From: an uncultured Methanosarcinales archaeon
Lineage (GTDB): Archaea; Nanobdellota; Nanobdellia; Woesearchaeales; ARS49
Direction: 5' to 3'
NCBI GenBank assembly: GCA_964637115.1
Contig: CAZWVL010000002.1
Location: 32,001 to 96,000, forward strand
Length of the DNA stretch: 64,000 nucleotides
Position 1 is the stretch's first letter; each line of letters opens with the position of its first letter. The position numbers and the translations under genes were made by a program. Positions 55,025 to 63,864 of the stretch are shown piece after piece. The notes under the pieces are model-generated. The model was not told the DNA's origin, did no database searches, and saw only the letters and a list, made by a program, of their open reading frames with translations.

Positions 55025-56491
55025 TTAAAGGTTTCCTTCACCGACCTGATTTTTTACAGATTTTGCAACTGCTGCGCCAAGAATTTCAGACAATTTTTCC
55101 ATTGGAACCTTTCTGATGTCGCCCAAATCCTTGATTCCAGAACGAAACAGTTTTCTTGCACGGACACGGCCAATCCCTTCCAAACGGATTAATGGCAAGA
55201 GTTCCTCTTTCACCCCATATTTCAAGCGCAAGCGCACTTTAGTAATCTCAGAGAGCAACTTTTGATACTGCATCAAACGGGCAAGCTCATTGCAGGCATA
55301 CAACAGCCAGTCAGCATTGTCAATCTTTGCCCTTGTTTCACCAGGCCTGCTGTCATATCTTTCCAGAACCCATTCTTCATCCTTTTCATCAATCCAATCT
55401 TCCAGCATCAACGCAGTTTTAACGCTGTCAAGCCAATCTTCATACTCAGGTTCAAACATACTGGGCTCGTGCTCAAGAAGATAAGGCTCAAGCAACGCAT
55501 ACTTTTGCGTAACATCATCATATTCTTTCTGCCTAACTCGCAGCAAAGGACGCATTTCGAGTGTATTAGAGACTGCGTGCAAGAAAGAAATAGATTTCAA
55601 AGTAATATGAGTTGCGCGTTCCAAGCGGTTCAGCAAGTTGAAAGCAGTTAGAGGGTCGAGATAAAGCTCTGCAACTCTTTTTCCAAGCATGGTTGCCCTG
55701 TAGCCTTCCTGCACTTCCTGCAAGAATCCCCATTCAACAAGGAGTTTCAAAGTTCTGTCAATAATGCGCTCCATTCTGGCCAAATCTTTGTACTGGTATG
55801 CCCAGAAAGTCTTGCTGAAAAAATCAAGAATAGACTCATTCGAGGAAATAATGCGGGAAGAAATTAATGACAACAAGTATGTTCGCAAGACGGGCTCGAC
55901 TGCCAACTTGCTGTAAATATCTTCTGGAATTCCCTTTAGATAATGCTCAGTGATGTATTCCTTATCTGTTTCTGTCTGTGCGAGCACAATTGTTTCACCA
56001 AAAGTATCATATTTCGGCCTGCCAGCCCTACCGGCCATCTGAAGAAATTCCAATACAGGAATATGCGCCATGCCATGCATGCCGAATCTTTTTACATCGC
56101 GGATAATTGAACGGAAGGCAGGCAAGTCAACTCCTGCTGCTAAAGTTGGCGTACAGCAGATAATTTTGATAAGTCCAGAACGGAAAGCATCCTCAATAAG
56201 TTCCTTCTGCTTTGAATGCAAGCCGGCATGATGAAAAGCAATGCCGTGCTTTGCACACAACGCCAAACGCTCGCACTGCTTTGTTGGTTTTGAGAGAACG
56301 GTGAGCACGGATTCGGATAATTTGTCAAGCTCGGCACTCTTCAAAGGTGCCTTCTTGCCAATGTCTTCAGCCACTTTTTCAGCAGAACGCTTGGCGTTCA
56401 CAAACAGCAATGCCTGCTTCTTGATTTCAATGGTGTCAAGAGCAAGATTAATGACAGGATCAGAGGTTTTTTCGAGGATTTTCATGTTCAT
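55025..56491 (-). CDS. hel308: Hel308/Ski2-like helicase lacking the N-terminal RecA1 domain
   Basis: Has LLFVNAKR, FHHAGL, TPTLAAGVDLPA, QMAGRAGRP, winged helix/ratchet and HhH, but no Walker A or DEAH. Confidence 0.85.
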   Translation of the reverse strand: MNMKILEKTSDPVINLALDTIEIKKQALLFVNAKRSAEKVAEDIGKKAPLKSAELDKLSESVLTVLSKPTKQCERLALCAKHGIAFHHAGLHSKQKELIEDAFRSGLIKIICCTPTLAAGVDLPAFRSIIRDVKRFGMHGMAHIPVLEFLQMAGRAGRPKYDTFGETIVLAQTETDKEYITEHYLKGIPEDIYSKLAVEPVLRTYLLSLISSRIISSNESILDFFSKTFWAYQYKDLARMERIIDRTLKLLVEWGFLQEVQEGYRATMLGKRVAELYLDPLTAFNLLNRLERATHITLKSISFLHAVSNTLEMRPLLRVRQKEYDDVTQKYALLEPYLLEHEPSMFEPEYEDWLDSVKTALMLEDWIDEKDEEWVLERYDSRPGETRAKIDNADWLLYACNELARLMQYQKLLSEITKVRLRLKYGVKEELLPLIRLEGIGRVRARKLFRSGIKDLGDIRKVPMEKLSEILGAAVAKSVKNQVGEGNL

Positions 56492-56562
56492 AGCAACGCC
56501 TTCAGCAGTTCTTAATATTTACCATAATGTTTAAAAAGCGTTCTTCTCCCACGAACAGATAC

Positions 56563-56636
56563 GAGCCCGTAGCTTAGCCTGGTGGAGCACTCGACTGATA
56601 ATCGAGAGGTCCGGAGTTCGAATCTCCGCGGGCTCA
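56563..56636 (+). tRNA. tRNA-Ile(GAT)
   Basis: Acceptor GAGCCCG/CGGGCTC, anticodon arm CTCGA-CTGATAA-TCGAG. Confidence 0.96.
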
Positions 56637-56698
56637 TTATTTCTTTTTGCCGCAACGCTTTTAAAGGGCTACCTTTTTATAGACGACAGGTGGGTGAT

Positions 56699-57769
56699 GT
56701 GGCATTTACAGAGATAGCACACGCGTATGACCAAAGCGTCATTGACCGATTTAATGTAGCATTCTCTAGATACTTCAAGCGCACGCTTGACAGGGGCAAG
56801 CCAGATGTTCAAGGACTTGAACACCTTCTAACTATTCCCAAAGACGCTTCAGCTGTTTTAGTATCAATCCACAAAAGCCACCTTGACTATGTAGTGATTC
56901 CTTGGGTGCTCCAGAACAATTTTCTTCCGCCAAGACTCAATGGACCCAGACCTCTTGCAATAGCGGCAGGCGATAATTTGTGCAAGCGCATTGCAAAATG
57001 GGATTTTGGCAAGATCTTGCGCAAGTGCGGAGCATACAAAATAATCAGGAATCCCGAGCCCGGCAAAATCATTGAAACCACAGGAACACTGCTAAAATAC
57101 ACAGGCGAGCTCATGGTGGCAGGAGACTGGTTACTGAATTTCCCAGAACGAAGCAGGTCATACACAGGCGAAATACTTCCTTTTGATCCGGCCGCCATAG
57201 GCATACTCCAAAAGTCAGAAAGACGAGCAGGCAGGCCGGTTGTGTACGTGCCTGTCGCAGTCTCGTACGAACGCGTGCCCGAAGACAGATGGTTCCCAAC
57301 ATTTGCCAAATATAAGTCAAGCGCTTCGCTCATTGGAAAACTCATTTATTATATGCTTGATTGGCCGTTAATTTTGGCGCAGCCGTCTTTAGGAATATGG
57401 AACAAGCCGATAGGGCAAATATCAGTGCGCTTTGGACAACCAATTACCAGCTCAGGAGACAAGGAAACATTTGCCAAGAAACTGGAAGATGAATGCAAAT
57501 CATTGGTAACTGCGTTTTCCACAAACATACTCTGCGCTGCTTTGCTTAAAGGTGGTCCCTTTGAATTAGCTGACAACCTTTTGGAAATTTATGGCGCGCT
57601 AGAAAAGCGCGGAGTTTTGGCAGAAAATATGGGGTTTAGAGAAGCAATCGACCGAGGCTTTCGCTTCCTTGACGCCCCATTCAGAAGATTTTTCAACCAC
57701 GCATTCAGCTTCAGAAAAGACATAGCGGAGTATTATCGGAACTGCATTGCGCATTATTTAAAACCCTAA
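56699..57769 (+). CDS. Glycerolipid acyltransferase (PlsB/PlsC LPLAT superfamily)
   Basis: HKSHLDY (HX4D), AAGDNL, FPERSRSYTG and PVAVSYE motifs. GTG start is approximate; the track ORF runs through the tRNA. Confidence 0.82.
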   Translation: MAFTEIAHAYDQSVIDRFNVAFSRYFKRTLDRGKPDVQGLEHLLTIPKDASAVLVSIHKSHLDYVVIPWVLQNNFLPPRLNGPRPLAIAAGDNLCKRIAKWDFGKILRKCGAYKIIRNPEPGKIIETTGTLLKYTGELMVAGDWLLNFPERSRSYTGEILPFDPAAIGILQKSERRAGRPVVYVPVAVSYERVPEDRWFPTFAKYKSSASLIGKLIYYMLDWPLILAQPSLGIWNKPIGQISVRFGQPITSSGDKETFAKKLEDECKSLVTAFSTNILCAALLKGGPFELADNLLEIYGALEKRGVLAENMGFREAIDRGFRFLDAPFRRFFNHAFSFRKDIAEYYRNCIAHYLKP

Positions 57770-60012
57770 CAAGTTTCGCCAAATACGTCCTTCACCACAC
57801 CAAGAATTACTTTTCTTAGTAATTCAACAATATCATTTGTATTATATGCATTATTTCCATCCTGATCAAGGTCCACGACACATTCACCTGCAGAAGGAGC
57901 AATGCATGAAGTTGTGTTAGTATTATAAGCTGTCAAGAGCAAAATCATATCACCGACATCAGCGTTTGTGTTATTGTTTAAATCGATATTTGAAATGCAC
58001 GGTGATGAAATGACTTTCACATCCACGCTTGCGTTGGCTGAACTGCCGTTGACAGTCGAAACTGCGGTAAGCCCGTGCATTCCTTCTGACAGATTGACCG
58101 TAATGCCAGAGCCTGTGCCAAGACTGCCGGAAACATTTGAAAACCAGCTGATAGTGCCGGCCGGAGAACTATTTGCAATAAGATTTGTGCCGTTAGAAAT
58201 AAGCACTGAATTTTGCCCAGGACTTAGAATGCTGACGGAAATATTGACGGGAGAATAAATAACGTTGAGTATAATGCTTGTTGTTGCAGATTCATTACCC
58301 TCAGTAACTGTTGCGGCAATTGTGTGGCTGTCAACAGACAAGGTTACGTCAACGCTTGCACCTTCTCCAAGAATTCCTGAGACGTTTGAAGTCCAGACAA
58401 CAGTAAAGTTATCTGAATTGTTGCCAGCAATTAAGGCAGTCAATGTAGTGCTGGAATAAACAGTAGCATTGTCAGCTGGAGCAGAAATGCTAATGTTCAA
58501 AGGTTCATCGGGAGCGGGAGGAGAATTGATTATGATGCTAACATTTGCAGATATAGTCTGATTTCCTTCTGCAGCAGTTGCAATAATAAAGTGAGCTCCA
58601 GGTGTCAGGTTAACAGCAATGCTCTCGCCCACTCCAAGCAGTCCAGAAACATTTGATGTCCATTCCACAGTTGCAGGTGATGAATTGCCAGACACGTTTG
58701 CAGACAGCAAAACTTCTCCTGTTATTGAAGCATTTTCCAAAGGAGAAATAATTGAAATTTCCAATTGCGCAGATGATGCATTATAGCCAAGATATTCAAG
58801 AGCTGCAAGGATATTAATGCGCGGATAACCGCTAATGTTCTTTCCAGTAGCCATAAGAGCTTCCCTGATGTCGGTAGGAGTTAAGGACTGGCTAGTCAAT
58901 CTAGCATATTGCTGCAGCAATGCAACAGCGCCAGAAACGTGCGGAGTTGACATCGAAGTGCCTGTCAATGAGCCGTATTTGTTCGGTGCTTGCGTGCTCA
59001 CGATAGATACACCTGGTGCAAGAACATCAAGCAAAGGACCACGATTTGAAAATGACGCCATAATGTCGGATTTATCTGTTGCACCAACACTGATCGCATT
59101 CGGCGAACAACCAGGATAATTAACTCCGTTAGCGTAACCATTATTGCCGGATGCAAACACACTAGTAATGCCCGCATTGTAAGCTGCATCAATTCCGGAA
59201 TCAAAGTAAGTCGGGCAGTTAGACTGGTTAACATAATTTCCTCCATCACCAATACTGCCGCTGATAACAGTAATGTTATAATCATCCTTGTGAGCAATGC
59301 AAAAGTCAATGCCTGCAACTATATCGGACAACGTGCAGGTATTCGAACAAATCTTTACTGAAACAATATTTACTCCAGGAGCAACTCCTACATACGTGCC
59401 ATTTGCACCGATAGTTCCGGAGACGTGAGTGCCATGGCTTGAAGAATGGACGTCAGTTGCAACATCATCCTCGGGAAGACCATTTGCACAACAATTTGAT
59501 GAACAATAGCACTTTTGCGCAACCACCCTGTTTTGGAATGCAGGATGAGAAGCTTGAATGCCGGTATCAAGCACACAAGCAGCAACGCCTTGGCCGGTCA
59601 GCGACGTGCCATTGATGACAATTGAATTAACAGCAGTTGCATTAATCAAAGGAGCGCTTTCTGACAAAGTCAATGAGAATGCAATGTCGGGGTACACTGC
59701 CTCGACTAATGGATGGTTTTTCAGCTTCTCAACACCCTCATCTGTTGCTTCGACGACCAAAATTGGCAGAGTTTCAAGCGTGCGTTCAGCCTGGACATCG
59801 CCTGTCTGGTCAACGCCTAAAACACTTTCCAGAAGACTTGGACTGTTAACGTCGTCCAGCACTTCCTGCTTTGAAATCTCTTCATTGAGAATTACTACCA
59901 CGCGCTCTGTTGGAATATCATATACTCTGCCAGTAATTGAAGGAGAACTGAAAAATAGCAATGTACCAAATGCAAACAAAACTGCAATACAAAGCATTAT
60001 TCTTGAATCCAT
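57766..60012 (-). CDS. S8 subtilisin-like protease with three Ig-like repeats and C-terminal dockerin-like module
   Basis: VLDTGI, HGTHVSG and GTSMSTPHVSG triad, three W(T/F)SNVSG repeats, and two EF-hand-like segments DLNNNTNADVGD and DLDQDGNNAYNTND. Confidence 0.9.
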   Translation of the reverse strand: MDSRIMLCIAVLFAFGTLLFFSSPSITGRVYDIPTERVVVILNEEISKQEVLDDVNSPSLLESVLGVDQTGDVQAERTLETLPILVVEATDEGVEKLKNHPLVEAVYPDIAFSLTLSESAPLINATAVNSIVINGTSLTGQGVAACVLDTGIQASHPAFQNRVVAQKCYCSSNCCANGLPEDDVATDVHSSSHGTHVSGTIGANGTYVGVAPGVNIVSVKICSNTCTLSDIVAGIDFCIAHKDDYNITVISGSIGDGGNYVNQSNCPTYFDSGIDAAYNAGITSVFASGNNGYANGVNYPGCSPNAISVGATDKSDIMASFSNRGPLLDVLAPGVSIVSTQAPNKYGSLTGTSMSTPHVSGAVALLQQYARLTSQSLTPTDIREALMATGKNISGYPRINILAALEYLGYNASSAQLEISIISPLENASITGEVLLSANVSGNSSPATVEWTSNVSGLLGVGESIAVNLTPGAHFIIATAAEGNQTISANVSIIINSPPAPDEPLNISISAPADNATVYSSTTLTALIAGNNSDNFTVVWTSNVSGILGEGASVDVTLSVDSHTIAATVTEGNESATTSIILNVIYSPVNISVSILSPGQNSVLISNGTNLIANSSPAGTISWFSNVSGSLGTGSGITVNLSEGMHGLTAVSTVNGSSANASVDVKVISSPCISNIDLNNNTNADVGDMILLLTAYNTNTTSCIAPSAGECVVDLDQDGNNAYNTNDIVELLRKVILGVVKDVFGETC

Positions 60013-60101
60013 AGATGTCCTCTTTTAATATCAGAAACACAAGTTCGTTTTTAATAATTGCGATGATAAGTTTTAAATAGAAAGCAACCCGCAATTTCAA
60101 C

Positions 60102-60896
60102 ATGAGGTGTGCATTATTGTTATTTGTTCTTGTCTCAGCAGTTGCTGTTCTCGCTGACACTTTTACATTGCAACCAGACACATCAACGATACAAACTCCT
60201 GGAAACATAATAATGAACTTAAATGCAAGCAACACACAGCCAATCTATGGACTGGAGCTCACAGTCGAAGATGAACCTGAGCGCGCCGTATTCTCGCACA
60301 TAGAAATAACCAGCAGGACAACAGGTGCAATCGTAACAAGCGCAACGCAAGGAAACGACATAGTCAAAGTAGCATTAATTTTGAGCGGAACTGGAAACGG
60401 CATAGCTCCAGGCAACGGTAGCATACTCAAAATCCACTATTCAGCCACGGGCTCAGGAAAAGTGAATTTTGACCCGTCCAACCTGAAAGTGTACAGCAAG
60501 AACGGAACGGCTATTGGCGGAAGCAGTATAGACGACACAGAAGTAACTCTTCAGCCAGGAAGCACATCAAGGAGTTCAAGCAGTTCTGGAAGTTCTGGCG
60601 GCGGAGGAAGCGGGAGCAGCGGAAAAAGTTCCGGCAAGTCAAGCTCAACTGCCAGCACCTCAGCAAACACACAACTTCCATTCCAGTTCACAGAATCAAA
60701 GCCATCAAAAGAAAACCTGGCGCCAACACTGCCTCCAGAAGTAATAGAAACAACAGCAAATGCAGAAATAGCACCAATACCACAGCAAATACCAGAACCT
60801 GGGAAAACATTCTGGCCGTGGATAATAGGAGCACTAGTTTCTCTTGCGGGTGGAGCGCTCCTTGTGTACGCGTACAAAAAACAGTCAAAAATATAG
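60102..60896 (+). CDS. Membrane-anchored cohesin-like protein
   Basis: Signal peptide, beta-rich domain (IYGLELTV...IAPGNGSILKIHY), Ser/Gly linker, TM helix and YKKQSKI tail. Confidence 0.7.
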   Translation: MRCALLLFVLVSAVAVLADTFTLQPDTSTIQTPGNIIMNLNASNTQPIYGLELTVEDEPERAVFSHIEITSRTTGAIVTSATQGNDIVKVALILSGTGNGIAPGNGSILKIHYSATGSGKVNFDPSNLKVYSKNGTAIGGSSIDDTEVTLQPGSTSRSSSSSGSSGGGGSGSSGKSSGKSSSTASTSANTQLPFQFTESKPSKENLAPTLPPEVIETTANAEIAPIPQQIPEPGKTFWPWIIGALVSLAGGALLVYAYKKQSKI

Positions 60897-60898
60897 AA

Positions 60899-61198
60899 TT
60901 AACGAACCAACACTGTCTGCACCAAAGGCACGCCAACAAAATTGCTACCCTGCTGGCACACACTCAGCAATGTTCCCCATTCATTGGTATAAACCTGCTG
61001 TGGGTAAACAGGCTGCAAACCAGCATAAATGCATGCCTCGTTCGGCTGCATTTGCGCGCGCTGAGGACCATAATACCATCTGCCACCGCCACTAGCATAA
61101 TATTGACCGGTCAAAGTGTTCTGCAACTGGATAATGAGGCCTCCGATAGCAACAAGTGCTATTAAGCCAAGAAAAATGACTCCGAGTTTTTGCACCAT
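60899..61198 (-). CDS. Small secreted or membrane protein
   Basis: N-terminal TM helix and a Tyr/Gln-rich body with two Cys. Confidence 0.65.
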   Translation of the reverse strand: MVQKLGVIFLGLIALVAIGGLIIQLQNTLTGQYYASGGGRWYYGPQRAQMQPNEACIYAGLQPVYPQQVYTNEWGTLLSVCQQGSNFVGVPLVQTVLVR

Positions 61199-61244
61199 CT
61201 TTTTTCATACAATAAAACGATTAATGCTTATATAAAGGTTGCGC

Positions 61245-61499
61245 TTAAGGGAATTCTGTAGAGCCAACCGTTGCTGGCAGCACAACAAAATGGTGCAGTG
61301 CATCAGACAAAATTAATGCAGCTCCAACTATGAAAGCCCATTCTGAAAATGTTTTAAAAAAAAGAAGCACAATTCCGACATAACCGTGATGAGTACGTAC
61401 CGGCCATTGAACATCACGTGCGCGAATTTTGAAACCAAACCTTCCAAGACAGGTGAATAATTCGAGAACTGCGGTTAGCACAAGAATTTCTGCAAGCAT
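61245..61499 (-). CDS. Small membrane protein
   Basis: Hydrophobic 84-aa ORF with HHGY and DALHH motifs. Confidence 0.65.
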   Translation of the reverse strand: MLAEILVLTAVLELFTCLGRFGFKIRARDVQWPVRTHHGYVGIVLLFFKTFSEWAFIVGAALILSDALHHFVVLPATVGSTEFP

Positions 61500-61502
61500 A
61501 AG

Positions 61503-61575
61503 CGCCCCCGAGGAGACTCGAACTCCTGACCTATGGATTAACAGTCCATCGCTCTACCGGCTGAGCTACGGGGGC
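61503..61575 (-). tRNA. tRNA-Asn(GTT)
   Basis: Acceptor GCCCCCG/CGGGGGC, anticodon arm ATGGA-CTGTTAA-TCCAT. Confidence 0.96.
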
Positions 61576-61655
61576 ATACGCTTGAGGGGCTAGCAGGAAC
61601 TTTTAAAGCTTTCTGCCAAGCAAACTTTATATACACCGGCGAAGGAAAATCGAAT

Positions 61656-61916
61656 ATGCTTGAAAATTACGATTTAGAATTAGAGGCAGTAGAACAAAAA
61701 ATCAAGGCAGAAAAAGCCAAAATCGTCTGCGTACAACTTCCAGATGGACTGAAGCCTTACGCAAAAGAGATAGTTGATGAACTGCACAAGAGAACCGGTG
61801 CAACCATTATTATCTGGCTCGGCAGCTGCTGGGGCGCGTGTGATGTTCCATTGGAAGTAAACAGATTGGGCGTTGATTTGCTAGTGCAATGGGGGCATTC
61901 TGAATGGGGACATTAG
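61656..61916 (+). CDS. Diphthamide synthesis protein Dph2, N-terminal domain only
   Basis: VQLPDGLK, SCWGACD and VDLLVQWGHS match the first domain of Dph1/Dph2. The ORF ends after 86 aa. Confidence 0.85.
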   Translation: MLENYDLELEAVEQKIKAEKAKIVCVQLPDGLKPYAKEIVDELHKRTGATIIIWLGSCWGACDVPLEVNRLGVDLLVQWGHSEWGH

Positions 61917-62200
61917 CACAAGTAGCACCAGTACTTGGGATTCTTGCAGGATTCATAATAGCCAAGCTTACACCATACGAATTCAAACAGGGTGAAAAGT
62001 ATTTCAGACGTTTAATGTATGCGCTAGCAATAGTCATTATTGGCGTTGCGGCATGGCAGTACACTCACGGGCACGGCATGCAGCTTGAAGTGCCAATATT
62101 TCTCTTCTTCATCCCCTTCGGAACACTTTACCACAAACGCTATCTTCTATTGGGCAGCGCGGCAGTCATATACGCTGCTATAGCTCTATTGCTTTTCTAG
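61904..62200 (+). CDS. Small membrane protein
   Basis: Three to four TM segments. Confidence 0.6.
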   Translation: MGTLAQVAPVLGILAGFIIAKLTPYEFKQGEKYFRRLMYALAIVIIGVAAWQYTHGHGMQLEVPIFLFFIPFGTLYHKRYLLLGSAAVIYAAIALLLF

Positions 62201-62687
62201 CACGCCAGAAATATTGCAGAGCTGAAACAACTGACAAGACAACTGCAACAAGCAAGATCCACCAGGCAAACGGTGCACCCAACAAAATAGCTATTATACC
62301 TGCCATCTCTGCAGCAGTTTTCAATTTACCAAGAATGGAGGCAGAAATTATTATTTTTGGCGAGACAAGCAAACGGAAACCCAAAACGGCAAATTCCCTT
62401 GCAATGATAACCCAAGCCATCCACACAGGAACCCCCCATTCAATAAGAAAAATCAGTGCAGTCATTATCAGCAACTTATCCGCAACAGGGTCCAGGATTA
62501 TGCCAAACTTAGTAACCTTTTTCTGTTTGCGTGCTACGTAACCGTCTACGGCATCTGTAGCGGCCAAAATGCAAAAAACAACTGCGGCAATCCAATTTCT
62601 AAAAGGAGTATCAGCATGCAGAATTGCAACAAAAACAGGAATGAAAAAAATCCTTGCAAGCGTCAACAAATTAGCCCAGTTTACCAT
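62178..62687 (-). CDS. pgsA: CDP-alcohol phosphatidyltransferase (PgsA-like)
   Basis: ANLLTLAR and TDAVDGYVARK...FGIILDPVADK motifs. Confidence 0.88.
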   Translation of the reverse strand: MVNWANLLTLARIFFIPVFVAILHADTPFRNWIAAVVFCILAATDAVDGYVARKQKKVTKFGIILDPVADKLLIMTALIFLIEWGVPVWMAWVIIAREFAVLGFRLLVSPKIIISASILGKLKTAAEMAGIIAILLGAPFAWWILLVAVVLSVVSALQYFWRARKAIEL

Positions 62688-63187
62688 TTGACATCACGAA
62701 CACCCAGCCAATATCCGATATGATTGGTTACGATATGACCAAAAGCACTGATGAAGACAACCAAGAATGCGGAAAACCAGCCCGGAAAGAAAACAATGCT
62801 GCCAAAAATCAACGCACCAACAGTATAGTCAATCTGGTCAAATGGAATCCACGGCTTACCGCTTTTGATGCCCACTCGGCGTTTGAAAAAACTCTTCACA
62901 GCATCGCCGATTAAAGCGCCGCAGCCAACCAAGACAGACCATGTCAGAGCTGAAAAGTCAAACGGCCAATACAATCGTGATAAAATCATGCCTGCAAGCA
63001 CGGCAACCAAAACACCTATGACAAAACCAGCCCAAGTCTTATGACTGCCAAATATCCTTATTCCGCCAAGAGACAAGCCAAAGTCCATAGAGGCATTAAA
63101 AGGACTGTATTTCGCCAGCACAGGCGGCGCCATATTTGCAAGATAAGCAGGAATCATGAGGTAAAATAGCTGCAATATTGTAACCAT
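62681..63187 (-). CDS. carS: CDP-archaeol synthase
   Basis: PAYLANMAP, DFG...KTWAG and GDAVKSFFKRR...PFDQIDY motifs. Confidence 0.9.
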   Translation of the reverse strand: MVTILQLFYLMIPAYLANMAPPVLAKYSPFNASMDFGLSLGGIRIFGSHKTWAGFVIGVLVAVLAGMILSRLYWPFDFSALTWSVLVGCGALIGDAVKSFFKRRVGIKSGKPWIPFDQIDYTVGALIFGSIVFFPGWFSAFLVVFISAFGHIVTNHIGYWLGVRDVKW

Positions 63188-63253
63188 GCCTTTATTGATT
63201 ACAGAAACCTTTAAATAGATTTAGAATCACTTTAAAAAGAAAAAGAGGCAATA

Positions 63254-63559
63254 ATGTTAACGATATACGACTGGGTCTATGGCATCGCCACGCTTACAGT
63301 TGTCATTCTAAGCATAATAGCAGGATTTATTTCCATAACAATGTTTCATTCAACTGTGCATAGAAAGTATCTTGCGGCATGGAGATATCTTCTGGTTGCA
63401 CTGATATTGTTTGCTATCGAAGAACTTGTAGGAACATTGAAAGTCTTCGGCATCTGGAGTACTCCGTGGCTAACGCACGTCATTCCAAGCTTCATCCTTG
63501 TATTTTTGATAGCAGCACTGATTGCCCAAATTAACATCACGCGAGGATGCCACGAATGA
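63254..63559 (+). CDS. Small membrane protein (paralog A)
   Basis: Three TM segments and WRYLLVALILFAIEE. Confidence 0.7.
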   Translation: MLTIYDWVYGIATLTVVILSIIAGFISITMFHSTVHRKYLAAWRYLLVALILFAIEELVGTLKVFGIWSTPWLTHVIPSFILVFLIAALIAQINITRGCHE

Positions 63560-63864
63560 TAGGACTCAGCCTTGCAGAAGCCGCACCATTGTATAACCTC
63601 GGCTTTGTCATAATTGCAATGTTCTTATTCATCAAATTGTTTACTACTCCAGTCAGAGACAGAAGAGTTTACCTGATGCCGTGGAAACTTTTGTTTTTCG
63701 CATTAATGGTGTTCGTAGTGGAAGAAGTCCTAACCGTGCTCAGACAAATGGAAATCATAAACATTCCAAAACACATCAACGGATTCTTTGAACTGATAAT
63801 CATATGCACGTTCATTTACACTTTACTTCTGCAGAAAGAACACATAAAATTCACGAAAGCCTAG
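63556..63864 (+). CDS. Small membrane protein (paralog B)
   Basis: ATGA overlap with paralog A and WKLLFFALMVFVVEE. Confidence 0.7.
   Translation: MIGLSLAEAAPLYNLGFVIIAMFLFIKLFTTPVRDRRVYLMPWKLLFFALMVFVVEEVLTVLRQMEIINIPKHINGFFELIIICTFIYTLLLQKEHIKFTKA

Noticed and set aside
51136-56636. Intact integrative element or provirus between tRNA-Arg and tRNA-Ile
   Set aside because: No integrase, transposase, replication or virion genes, and no distal copy of the 18-bp repeat was seen.
1686-61575. tRNA introns, split tRNAs or permuted tRNAs
   Set aside because: All six tRNAs fold as contiguous 73-74 nt cloverleaves, and no BHB motifs or half-tRNAs were recognised.
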